Shown here: positions 39,367 to 47,186 of the stretch, in pieces
Layout of the letters: the number at the start of each line of letters is the position of its first letter
How positions within the stretch are numbered: the first letter of the stretch is position 1
IMG/VR virus record: IMGVR_UViG_3300042946_000144
Coordinates: 24,332 to 88,331 of that record
Strand: one strand, 5' to 3'
Length of the DNA stretch: 64,000 nucleotides
Origin: a virus
Lineage: Duplodnaviria > Heunggongvirae > Uroviricota > Caudoviricetes
Notes under the pieces: generated by a model
What the model was told of the DNA's origin: nothing
The model's database searches: none
Seen by the model: only the letters and a program-made list of their open reading frames with translations
Translations under genes and position numbers: made by a program

Positions 39367-39606
39367 TTATGTCCTACCCCACCCAGCACACCCCAAAGTT
39401 ACTGGTGTTTCCAAATACAAACCAAATATTTTTTTCCATAGAAGGAAAAATTATTTTAAAACCCCCACCCAGCCTAGGAAAAATTTTTATATCCCCCCCT
39501 ACCTATTATATGCATAGGAGAAGGGACTACTCCCAGTTCCAACCCCTCCCATAATTTGGGGGATCGTGGGTATCCCCCGTATTGTTAATCACTAAATCTT
39601 AAAACT
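39367..39606. promoter_or_regulatory. divergent control region between the structural (minus) and early (plus) modules
   Basis: Direct repeat CCCCACCCAGC at 39377..39387 and 39463..39473. Poly-C runs. Palindrome TATGCATA at 39509..39516. Hairpins GGGA-CTAC-TCCC and GGGGGAT-CGTGGGT-ATCCCCC at 39557..39577. Confidence 0.5.
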
Positions 39607-39990
39607 ATGGCACTACAATTCGCCAAGTACGAAAGGGCAGAGAGCACCCTTGAATCTCTCGGAACAGTATTAGAGAATGTTGGAAAGGACGGTTTCCTTG
39701 AACTCATTCCACGCAATGTTAAGGATGTGACCAAGCGTGTTGTTGTCATCCTTAAGAAGAAGAATGGTACCAGCACAATGGTTACTTGTTCTCAGCAAGT
39801 GTCTGATGGTATCAGAAACAAAACCATTGAGTTGGGGCACGTTCTGAACTTTGAGATTCTTGAAGGAGAAGCAGGTGTTCCATTCATCAGCATGCCTGGT
39901 GGTCTCATCAGCGTTGCTGTTAAGAGCATCACTGTTAAGGACTATGCTGTTGACACCACTTCCATCAGTTTGGAAGATCTCATCGGATGA
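39607..39990 (+). CDS. hypothetical early protein (127 aa)
   Basis: First plus-strand ORF, followed by a perfect terminator. Confidence 0.5.
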   Translation: MALQFAKYERAESTLESLGTVLENVGKDGFLELIPRNVKDVTKRVVVILKKKNGTSTMVTCSQQVSDGIRNKTIELGHVLNFEILEGEAGVPFISMPGGLISVAVKSITVKDYAVDTTSISLEDLIG

Positions 39991-39993
39991 TAA

Positions 39994-40018
39994 AAGGGGC
40001 TTTGCCCCTTTTTTATAT
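39994..40018 (+). terminator. rho-independent terminator
   Basis: GGGGC-TTT-GCCCC followed by TTTTTT. Confidence 0.8.
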
Positions 40019-40411
40019 ATAGGGTGGGCTGTAATGCATTTAGGGTGGGGAAGTAAAACAGTATTTCCTTCATAACTAATTGATTATCAGCTCATTCTAT
40101 ATATTTTATTGAGGGTGAATGAGGTGATGTAGAACCCATTCTGGAATATAAACAACATTTCTCCATCTTGTCAAATCAAAAGGCATTTGGCATAAATATA
40201 GCATTATGATTACACTTTGTGTTCTACCTAACTTTGTTGGTACTAAGAGAGAGTTTATACTATGTGCTCTTTCTTGTTTATTATTAGATAGTATTTATCT
40301 TGTTCCTATGATATGTGGGCTGTAACAAGCCCATTTCTGTCCATAGACTATTGTCTATGCTGATGATGACCTAATTGAGGGTCGAAACAGAAACACACAA
40401 AACTAAATAAA

Positions 40412-40666
40412 ATGGAACAGTCTTTAAAGGTTATAGGAAAGATTACACTTCCTGATGCTCCTGAAAAGCATAAATGTGTATGTGATGATTGTAAAGATGT
40501 TTTGGATGATTCATACGGTGATCCAAGAACTAAAATTACCACTGAATATTTAGATGGTTCTAAAAGTGAGAGGTTTATATGTCCTAATTGTGAGTTTATG
40601 AAATATGTGGATCATGAACCAATTAGTATATTTGATGGTACACCAGATTGGATGAGAATGTTATAA
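40412..40666 (+). CDS. zinc-ribbon-like small protein (84 aa)
   Basis: CVCDDCKD ... CPNC. Confidence 0.45.
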   Translation: MEQSLKVIGKITLPDAPEKHKCVCDDCKDVLDDSYGDPRTKITTEYLDGSKSERFICPNCEFMKYVDHEPISIFDGTPDWMRML

Positions 40667-40692
40667 GAGCCTGTAACAGGGCTCTTTCTTTT
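40666..40692 (+). terminator. rho-independent terminator
   Basis: AGAGCC-TGTAACA-GGGCTCT followed by TTCTTTT, overlapping the stop codon. Confidence 0.7.
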
Positions 40693-40765
40693 GGGTCTAT
40701 AGTTAAATGGATATAACCACAGCCTTCTAAGCTGTTGTTCCTAGTTCGATTCTAGGTGGACCTAC
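40693..40765 (+). tRNA. tRNA-Arg (anticodon UCU)
   Basis: Acceptor GGGTCTA/TGGACCT (two GU pairs). D-stem GTTA/TAAC. Anticodon stem ACAGC/GCTGT with loop CTTCTAA. T-arm CCTAG-TTCGATT-CTAGG. 73 nt, no encoded CCA. Confidence 0.85.
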
Positions 40766-40805
40766 TAATCATTTATTAATTACACACAATTAAATCAAAT
40801 TCAAC

Positions 40806-40931
40806 ATGAAAAAGATCATCGTTTTAGCAATTTTGGCAATCGTTGCCTTCAGTTCTTGCACCACTTCTAAGTATGGCTGCTATGAAACAAAAGACCGTGG
40901 AATTATTTACAGACCATTACACAGATATTAA
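40806..40931 (+). CDS. small lipoprotein (41 aa)
   Basis: MKKIIVLAILAIVAFSSCTTSKYGCYETKDRGIIYRPLHRY: signal peptide plus lipobox-like AFSSC. Below the ORF-track cutoff. Confidence 0.4.
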   Translation: MKKIIVLAILAIVAFSSCTTSKYGCYETKDRGIIYRPLHRY

Positions 40932-40957
40932 TTCACACATTTAAAACTACATTTAAC

Positions 40958-41113
40958 ATGGAAAAGATTATTGCTCCTGTTGAACAGGAAAACAACGAGC
41001 TTTCTCACGCAGAACAGCTTAATGCTATTAGCGAAACAATGTCAAATGAACAAGATGATTGGTTCTTAGACCAAATCATTCAAGGACAACCCAACTTTTG
41101 GTGGGTTTATTAA
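40958..41113 (+). CDS. small acidic protein (51 aa)
   Basis: Manual ORF MEKIIAPVEQENNELSHAEQLNAISETMSNEQDDWFLDQIIQGQPNFWWVY. Confidence 0.3.
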   Translation: MEKIIAPVEQENNELSHAEQLNAISETMSNEQDDWFLDQIIQGQPNFWWVY

Positions 41114-41134
41114 GAAGGTCAAACACCTAAGCAT

Positions 41135-41377
41135 GTGTTAAAACTGCTTTTTTTATTTACAATTAAAACTCTTATATTTATGTCACAAACAAAATGGAAA
41201 ATATGGTTCGTTGTATCGTTTATGTGGATTATGCTTCACATATTCTTGTTTACAATTTCTACAGATGAGCAAAGAATTACATTAATACATAATTCTCTGT
41301 TTATGGCAGGAGCTTGGCTTTCTGCTATAAACATATCGTTTGTCTTGTATGTAGGAAACCTAAAAGACGATAAATAA
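41135..41377 (+). CDS. small integral membrane protein (80 aa, 2-3 TM)
   Basis: Hydrophobic segments. Confidence 0.45.
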   Translation: MLKLLFLFTIKTLIFMSQTKWKIWFVVSFMWIMLHIFLFTISTDEQRITLIHNSLFMAGAWLSAINISFVLYVGNLKDDK

Positions 41378-41454
41378 TAACAACATTGTGTGTGGGTAAC
41401 CCAAAGCCTATATGGTGGAGGGTTTCCAACACATGTCTAAAACCCCATTAAATC

Positions 41455-42003
41455 ATGCTACACACAGTAAGACTAATTCCAAGATCATACATTCCAGATG
41501 ATATAAAACCAGGAATGTTGTTCTTTACAGACAGAATCATACAAGTGGACAAAGTTCCTTTAGATGAGAAGAAGTTCTTCGAGGAATATGGCTATCCTGT
41601 TGAATTCTATCTTTTAGACCAAGATCCAAACCTCAGATGGTCTAATGTATTAGCCACACCACAACAGATTGGTTGGTTTGATTATGATCCTGAGGGAGAA
41701 GATTTTGCTGATATTACAGTGGATCATCTCAATATGATCATCTCTGACTATGACGGATTTTGTCAAATTGATGTATATACAGACAATTTGGATGATGATG
41801 AGGCACATGAAGAATATGTCAAGGTGATGCCTGAACTGTTGGAAGGTAAAGTGATCATTCATACAATAGAATATGAAGAGGATGAAGATGATTGGGAAGA
41901 TGATGAAGATCTTCAGTGGGAATATATGAATGGTGAATATGAAGAGGAGGATGACTATTACGAACCAACAGATGAAGATGATGACACATGGAAAGAAAAC
42001 TAA
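41455..42003 (+). CDS. highly acidic early protein (182 aa); DNA-mimic/anti-restriction candidate
   Basis: About 30% D+E; C-terminus EYEEDEDDWEDDEDLQWEYMNGEYEEEDDYYEPTDEDDDTWKEN. Confidence 0.5.
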   Translation: MLHTVRLIPRSYIPDDIKPGMLFFTDRIIQVDKVPLDEKKFFEEYGYPVEFYLLDQDPNLRWSNVLATPQQIGWFDYDPEGEDFADITVDHLNMIISDYDGFCQIDVYTDNLDDDEAHEEYVKVMPELLEGKVIIHTIEYEEDEDDWEDDEDLQWEYMNGEYEEEDDYYEPTDEDDDTWKEN

Positions 42004-42258
42004 AAACTAAATAATCATGAAATACATTAAAGAATTCCTATTTGGAAGGAGAAGAGAGGCTGTTGAGCCTTTCTATCCAGGAGTGAAGACACTCGATATG
42101 TCAAATAGACCATCGTTTCAACAATGGTGTAAAGAGTTCAGAGTGAGTATGTTATACGACAGAAAGCTCATAGAAATGAACTAAAACTCGTTTTTGTGTG
42201 TAGATTTAGCCCTCAGCAGCAATGTTGGGGGCTTTTTCATTCATTAAACTCTATACAT

Positions 42259-42600
42259 ATGCCTACAATACATATTCCTGATAAGATATGTCCTCATTGT
42301 GGTGGTACTAAATGGTATATTTTTACACAGGATAGTAGAACAAAAAAAGTTTGTTATGTTCTAAAACGTGAAGGATGGATAAAGTTTCATAAATCTAATC
42401 CTGACAAACATCGCACTTATAGAAAATCAGGTTATAAGCAAAAAAGTAAGAAACTGACAAATACTTATTTAAAAGAGTTGATTATCTCTAATTCAGATTT
42501 ATCATTTTCTGATGTACCGCAAGAACTTATAGAACTTAAACGTAAACAATTAACATTAAAACGTCAAATATGGCAAGAAGCAAAAAACAATCAGTGGTAG
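42259..42600 (+). CDS. zinc-finger protein (about 113 aa), basic
   Basis: Probable start MPTIHIPDKICPHCGGTKWY. Confidence 0.4.
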   Translation: MPTIHIPDKICPHCGGTKWYIFTQDSRTKKVCYVLKREGWIKFHKSNPDKHRTYRKSGYKQKSKKLTNTYLKELIISNSDLSFSDVPQELIELKRKQLTLKRQIWQEAKNNQW

Positions 42601-42827
42601 CTTTAAAAGCTACGGTGATTAAGCAATCTGTAGGTGTGACAGATGTAACGAATGAGTGTAAATCAATTGGTGATACACTTAGTTCAACATTCCACAATAC
42701 AGGAGATTTTAAGGCTGCTCAGGGTGCAATTTCTGCATATGGAACAGCTGTTAGTGCTATGAAGGCTCTACTTATATACAAAAAGCTCACTGGCACACCA
42801 ATGGAAATAGAATTCTTTAAAAATTAA
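42570..42827 (+). CDS. hypothetical protein (85 aa)
   Basis: ORF. Confidence 0.35.
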   Translation: MARSKKQSVVALKATVIKQSVGVTDVTNECKSIGDTLSSTFHNTGDFKAAQGAISAYGTAVSAMKALLIYKKLTGTPMEIEFFKN

Positions 42828-42855
42828 TCAATCACACCCCATTAAATCAATCAAA

Positions 42856-43134
42856 ATGCGTACAAAAAGCTCAAACAACTACACACAGAGAGAAATTAAC
42901 GAATTAAAAGATGCAATTCGTTCAGGCAAACCTTATACACAGATAGCACAGGAGTTTTCCGTTGCTTACAATCGTTCCTATGCAGGAGTGTATATGAAGG
43001 TTTGTAGCATTTCAAAGAAAACACGTAAAAGAGTGAATACACTCAAAACACAAACAGTTGATTCAAAATCATTGAGCTTTCAAGCTAAAAGAATTGAAAT
43101 CAACCCTAATGGTACAGTTACATTACATTTTTAA
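42856..43134 (+). CDS. hypothetical protein, possible HTH (92 aa)
   Basis: ORF with conserved upstream ATTAAATCAATC motif. Confidence 0.4.
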   Translation: MRTKSSNNYTQREINELKDAIRSGKPYTQIAQEFSVAYNRSYAGVYMKVCSISKKTRKRVNTLKTQTVDSKSLSFQAKRIEINPNGTVTLHF

Positions 43135-43152
43135 CCACTAAAACCATACACA

Positions 43153-43362
43153 ATGGCTACATTAATTTGGTCCTCAATGGATCACGACAGAAGCAACATT
43201 CTTACGCTGGATAACACTAATTCAGCTACAAGATTCTTTCACAAGGCATTTGCTGATTCTCAGTCTAAACGATTGACAATCAATAACAACAGGTATTTCT
43301 ATGCTCCTTCAGATGAGTATAGAAGCTTTGCCATTCGTTTCAAAGGAATCAAGAAGAAATGA
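43153..43362 (+). CDS. hypothetical protein (69 aa)
   Basis: ORF. Confidence 0.3.
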   Translation: MATLIWSSMDHDRSNILTLDNTNSATRFFHKAFADSQSKRLTINNNRYFYAPSDEYRSFAIRFKGIKKK

Positions 43363-43565
43363 GAACATTTTACATCAAGAAACACGGGGAATATATCAAC
43401 TATATATTCCCCTTTAATGAGCCCTTAAAGCTCAGAAATACAAAGCTCAAGATAACTCAAAACAGAGTGGCAAACTTACAGCCTCACATTATATATACAG
43501 AGAAAGAGGCTAGAGTTGTATTACAACTAGAAAAAGATGCTAAACTTATTCCTGTTATAGGGTGA
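43359..43565 (+). CDS. hypothetical protein (68 aa)
   Basis: ORF. Confidence 0.3.
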   Translation: MRTFYIKKHGEYINYIFPFNEPLKLRNTKLKITQNRVANLQPHIIYTEKEARVVLQLEKDAKLIPVIG

Positions 43566-43601
43566 GAGTTATTATCTTTGTAATCATTAAATCAATTTAA
43601 C

Positions 43602-43988
43602 ATGAAAAAGCTAATTTTCCTACTCCTATGTGGGATTGCTATTTCTACATCCGTTTTCTCACAAACGTTTAGGAAAGTAGCTACAATGAACGCTATGTCA
43701 TACAATCGAATCAAAAAAGATTGGGTTGTTGACAAGTCTTACAGTCCTTCAAACCTTGCTGTTCTCATCAAGGGTTCAGAAATCATCATTGCAAATGAAT
43801 ACGAACAGCGTATTTATACGTATGGAGATTGTGAAAAAGACACGTATGATACACACGTTGTGTATTCTTGGCCAGCTCTTGATAAAGATGGTAAAAAGTG
43901 TAAGTTCATGATTAAGAACTTCTTCTCTGGAACAACGGTTTACACATTTTTGTATGATGAATTGGCTATAGAATACATAATGGAATAA
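43602..43988 (+). CDS. secreted protein with N-terminal signal peptide (128 aa)
   Basis: MKKLIFLLLCGIAISTSVFSQTF. Confidence 0.5.
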   Translation: MKKLIFLLLCGIAISTSVFSQTFRKVATMNAMSYNRIKKDWVVDKSYSPSNLAVLIKGSEIIIANEYEQRIYTYGDCEKDTYDTHVVYSWPALDKDGKKCKFMIKNFFSGTTVYTFLYDELAIEYIME

Positions 43989-44203
43989 TCAAAATAACTA
44001 GCCCTAAGTACACGGGATCGAAACCTCAAGCTACTCTTCCTACATTTGAAAAACAGTGTATAGAAGCTTCTAAATCGTTAGTTAGCAGTGTTGGCAACTT
44101 ACACTGGGGAGTTAAAGTTGTGGTTAGCTTAGTAACATCTTAGGTGTGTGATATTGTGAAAATATGGGTTCAATTCCCATCTAGGCTACTAAAACTAAAA
44201 TAT

Positions 44204-44413
44204 ATGACATCAATAGAATGGTTATACACAACAATGTGGGCAACAAATGGAAATATTTCTAATGAACAATTTGAACAAGCCAAAGAAATGCACAAGCAAG
44301 AGATAATAAATGCTTGGTCTGATGGTGCTGGTGGTGGACAATTTACAACTACACCCGATACACCAGAACAATACTATCAAGAAACATTTAAACAACCTAA
44401 AAAAATACAGTAA
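44204..44413 (+). CDS. hypothetical protein (about 70 aa)
   Basis: ORF 44144..44413 with likely internal start MTSIEW. Confidence 0.35.
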   Translation: MTSIEWLYTTMWATNGNISNEQFEQAKEMHKQEIINAWSDGAGGGQFTTTPDTPEQYYQETFKQPKKIQ

Positions 44414-44465
44414 AGCTAAACATTAACTATTTTAAACTAAAAGTAAACTTATAACTTTACACACT

Positions 44466-44654
44466 ATGGCAACAATGATTGATCCACCATCAGGATGGAA
44501 GTATGGATTTCCTAAACCTATTCCTGAAGATAGAAGACAAGATAGCCTAGTATGGCTTGTAGAACAGGGTTATCCTCAATCTGAAATAGACGCATTAGGA
44601 GAATATTTCTACTGCAGATTCTGGGAAAGACCAGATGATGAGGGGGAGGAATAG
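44466..44654 (+). CDS. small protein with acidic C-terminus (62 aa)
   Basis: ORF. Confidence 0.35.
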   Translation: MATMIDPPSGWKYGFPKPIPEDRRQDSLVWLVEQGYPQSEIDALGEYFYCRFWERPDDEGEE

Positions 44655-44657
44655 AAG

Positions 44658-44790
44658 TATATGCAATTGCATATATGAATGACAAATCATTCACTATTGT
44701 ATGTTTTTGCATATAATGAATGATATGTCATACACATTATTCCAACGAAAAATTGTATCTTAACCACATTATTCAAACGAAAACTTAACT
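44658..44790. repeat. palindrome and direct-repeat cluster in a 250-bp non-coding gap
   Basis: Perfect 18-bp palindrome TATATGCAATTGCATATA at 44658..44675. TGAATGA-CAAA-TCATTCA at 44676..44693. Direct repeats ACACATTATTCCAACGAAAAATT at 44734..44756 and CCACATTATTCAAACGAAAACTT at 44764..44786. Confidence 0.6.
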
Positions 44791-44904
44791 TATGATTGTA
44801 TTTTTTATGGCATTAGCTGCTTTTGTAGCCATATATGGGACAGTTAACATGTTCAGGCAGCTATTTTGTAAAACAAAAAGGTAAAAATCTGTAAAATAGA
44901 CATT

Positions 44905-45216
44905 ATGATTCCATGTATCTGCATCAATGACAAAAACCGTCCTAAGGAGATTCCTGTTAACAAATGGATTAAAGAAGGACAGGAATATCATGTTATATAC
45001 ACTGTTTGGAGCATTCCTTCTAATACATTAGGGCTGCATTTAGATGAAATATGGTTGGATGATTGCTGTTTTCCATATGAATTCTTCAAAGCAGATAGGT
45101 TTGCTTTTACAGAGGAGAATCTTAAGCTCCTTATAGAGCTAATTAAAGACTGTAACGATACAGATTTCTCAATGGATGAGATATTAAAACAAACAACGCT
45201 TGAAGAAGCCTCTTAA
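44905..45216 (+). CDS. hypothetical Cys-containing protein (103 aa)
   Basis: ORF. Confidence 0.4.
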   Translation: MIPCICINDKNRPKEIPVNKWIKEGQEYHVIYTVWSIPSNTLGLHLDEIWLDDCCFPYEFFKADRFAFTEENLKLLIELIKDCNDTDFSMDEILKQTTLEEAS

Positions 45217-45601
45217 AACAAACAAAATGAACTATTACGTATTTCCAGGATTAAAGCGTACAATTGATCCAAGTAGTGGTCCATTGTGCAAGCGAGGGAA
45301 GATTTCCACAGAAGAGGTTATAAAGATTGTTGCTAAAAGCTGTAATGTCACGGTTGATGATATAAGATCAAACATGAGACGTGAAAATATAGTGGAAGCA
45401 AGACATATAACCTGTGGTGTCCTTAGAAACGAGTTTGATTATTCCCTCAAGTTTATAGGAGATGTTATGGGTGGTAAACACCACACCACTATAATACATT
45501 CAATTAGAACCTTCAGAGATAGATATAAGGTTTATAATGATTACAAACAGCTTGTAGATGGTGTAACAAACGAAATAAAGGTGTATATTGCATGCAATTA
45601 A
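45200..45601 (+). CDS. DnaA domain-IV-like HTH DNA-binding protein
   Basis: RRENIVEARHITCGVLRNEFDYSLKFIGDVMGGKHHTTIIHSIRTFRDR resembles the DnaA C-terminal HTH (..AR..AMYL...T..SL..IG..FGGRDHTTV.HA..KI). Confidence 0.55.
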   Translation: MKKPLKTNKMNYYVFPGLKRTIDPSSGPLCKRGKISTEEVIKIVAKSCNVTVDDIRSNMRRENIVEARHITCGVLRNEFDYSLKFIGDVMGGKHHTTIIHSIRTFRDRYKVYNDYKQLVDGVTNEIKVYIACN

Positions 45602-45613
45602 AACTTATAAAAC

Positions 45614-46951
45614 ATGAAAAAAGCAATTGTGATTATTGGGATGCTATTGTCCCAATTAAGCTATGGTAGAAAGATTTATGTATCCTCTTCTACAGGAAAT
45701 GATACAAGAACTATTACACAAGCTCAAAGCTCATCTACACCATGGGCTAGTCTTAGTAAGGTGCAGAGCTCTATGTCCTCCATAGTTAGTGGAGACAGTG
45801 TGTTGTTTAAAAGTGGAGATAGATTCAATGGGACATTGGTTGTATCTTCTAAGACAAATGTCTATTTTGGCTCTTATGGAACAGGTGCAAAACCTTTGTT
45901 CTGGGGAACAGGAGCTACAATATCATCATTAGTCATCCTTAGAACATCTAAGAACATTGTAATTGATAACTGGGATATATCTGATACAACCATCTCATTT
46001 ACAGACAGATATGTAATGGCTAAGATTAAGATAGCCTTTATGATGGATCAAAGTTCTACAGGAAACACTGTTAAAAACTGTAGAATGGATAGAATTGGAT
46101 ATGGGTTCTATCTTACATCATCCTCAAGAGGTAACAATATTACAGGCTGTGATATTGGTAATCTTAGAATGATTAAGAACACACCAAAAGAAATAAACCC
46201 TGATGATGACTATGGTGGTGTACCAGTACAAATCTCTAGTTCTGGAAATACATTCACAAACAACTATCTACATGACTGTTGGGCTATGTCCTATGATTAT
46301 GGTAGAGATGGTGGCGGTATAGAATTCTTTGAAGAAGGAGCTGTTATAGAGAATAATTTTATTGCTTATAACACGTTCTATGATAACAATGGTACACTTG
46401 AGCACGGTTCTAACGCTGATGGTATAGCTAACAATGACATCCGTAACAACACATTTGCTTTTAACAAGGTGATTAACTGTGGTAGTAGTGTTTATATTAA
46501 TAACGGTGGACAGTATAAGACAAGAGTGAGAAACCTGATGATCTATAATAATGTGTTTGTAGAAACAAGAGCTAAAACATCTACAGCTGTATTTGGTCAA
46601 AAAGCAGCTGACACTATTCCTAATGTTATCACAATAAAAAATAACATCTTCAAACTTACCAACGGTCTTCAAGTGGCTAGAACAAGCTTAACCACTCCTG
46701 CTAATCAGTTTGTACATACAAACAATCTCTATCAACTATCTGGTGGTAGTATAACTAACTTTCCATTAGACAGATCAGAAATCAATTCTACATCAACTAT
46801 CTGGATGAACACAGCTAATAGTAATCCTCTTCTTTGGGATTATCATTTAGCACCAGGAAGTCCAGCTGCTAGTACAGGAACTGATGTGGGCTTATCTAAA
46901 AACTTTGAAAACAATCCTGTTGTATTCCCATACAACATGGGCATTTATTAA
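45614..46951 (+). CDS. secreted right-handed beta-helix (pectate-lyase-fold) protein
   Basis: Signal peptide MKKAIVIIGMLLSQLSYG. Repeated N/G/T-rich beta-helix rungs (NNDIRNNTFAFN, NNGGQYKT, IKNNIF). Confidence 0.55.
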   Translation: MKKAIVIIGMLLSQLSYGRKIYVSSSTGNDTRTITQAQSSSTPWASLSKVQSSMSSIVSGDSVLFKSGDRFNGTLVVSSKTNVYFGSYGTGAKPLFWGTGATISSLVILRTSKNIVIDNWDISDTTISFTDRYVMAKIKIAFMMDQSSTGNTVKNCRMDRIGYGFYLTSSSRGNNITGCDIGNLRMIKNTPKEINPDDDYGGVPVQISSSGNTFTNNYLHDCWAMSYDYGRDGGGIEFFEEGAVIENNFIAYNTFYDNNGTLEHGSNADGIANNDIRNNTFAFNKVINCGSSVYINNGGQYKTRVRNLMIYNNVFVETRAKTSTAVFGQKAADTIPNVITIKNNIFKLTNGLQVARTSLTTPANQFVHTNNLYQLSGGSITNFPLDRSEINSTSTIWMNTANSNPLLWDYHLAPGSPAASTGTDVGLSKNFENNPVVFPYNMGIY

Positions 46952-46976
46952 AAACCCTCAAAACTCCCCCAAAACA

Positions 46977-47186
46977 ATGATTGGCGTTCTCAAAAAAAGA
47001 GGTGAAGAATGGTTTGTAGCAACTGTTCTTTACAATTCAGCTTGGTCAAACTACTATCCTACACACCCTGACCACAATTTATGGTTGAAGATTTGGGGAA
47101 AGGATGGCCAAAAGGTTTTATTTGAGATTGTAAACAAAACACACGTTAAACTAAAAGAATTATGCAATGAAGGTTGTGATGTATGA
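46977..47186 (+). CDS. hypothetical protein (about 69 aa)
   Basis: ORF 46884..47186; likely internal start MIGVLKK after the upstream stop. Confidence 0.3.
   Translation: MIGVLKKRGEEWFVATVLYNSAWSNYYPTHPDHNLWLKIWGKDGQKVLFEIVNKTHVKLKELCNEGCDV

Noticed and set aside
40229-40236. TAACTTTG, a match to the Bacteroides -7 promoter box TAnnTTTG
   Set aside because: No correctly spaced -33 TTTG, and it lies about 175 nt from the next start codon. Too weak to call.
44126-44190. tRNA-like 3' half (ATGGG-TTCAATT-CCCAT T-arm plus acceptor CTAGGCT, possible 5' partner AGCTTAG)
   Set aside because: A full cloverleaf could not be folded because the element is about 10 nt too short for D and anticodon arms. 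Possibly a tRNA remnant or att-like fragment, but not callable as a tRNA by eye.
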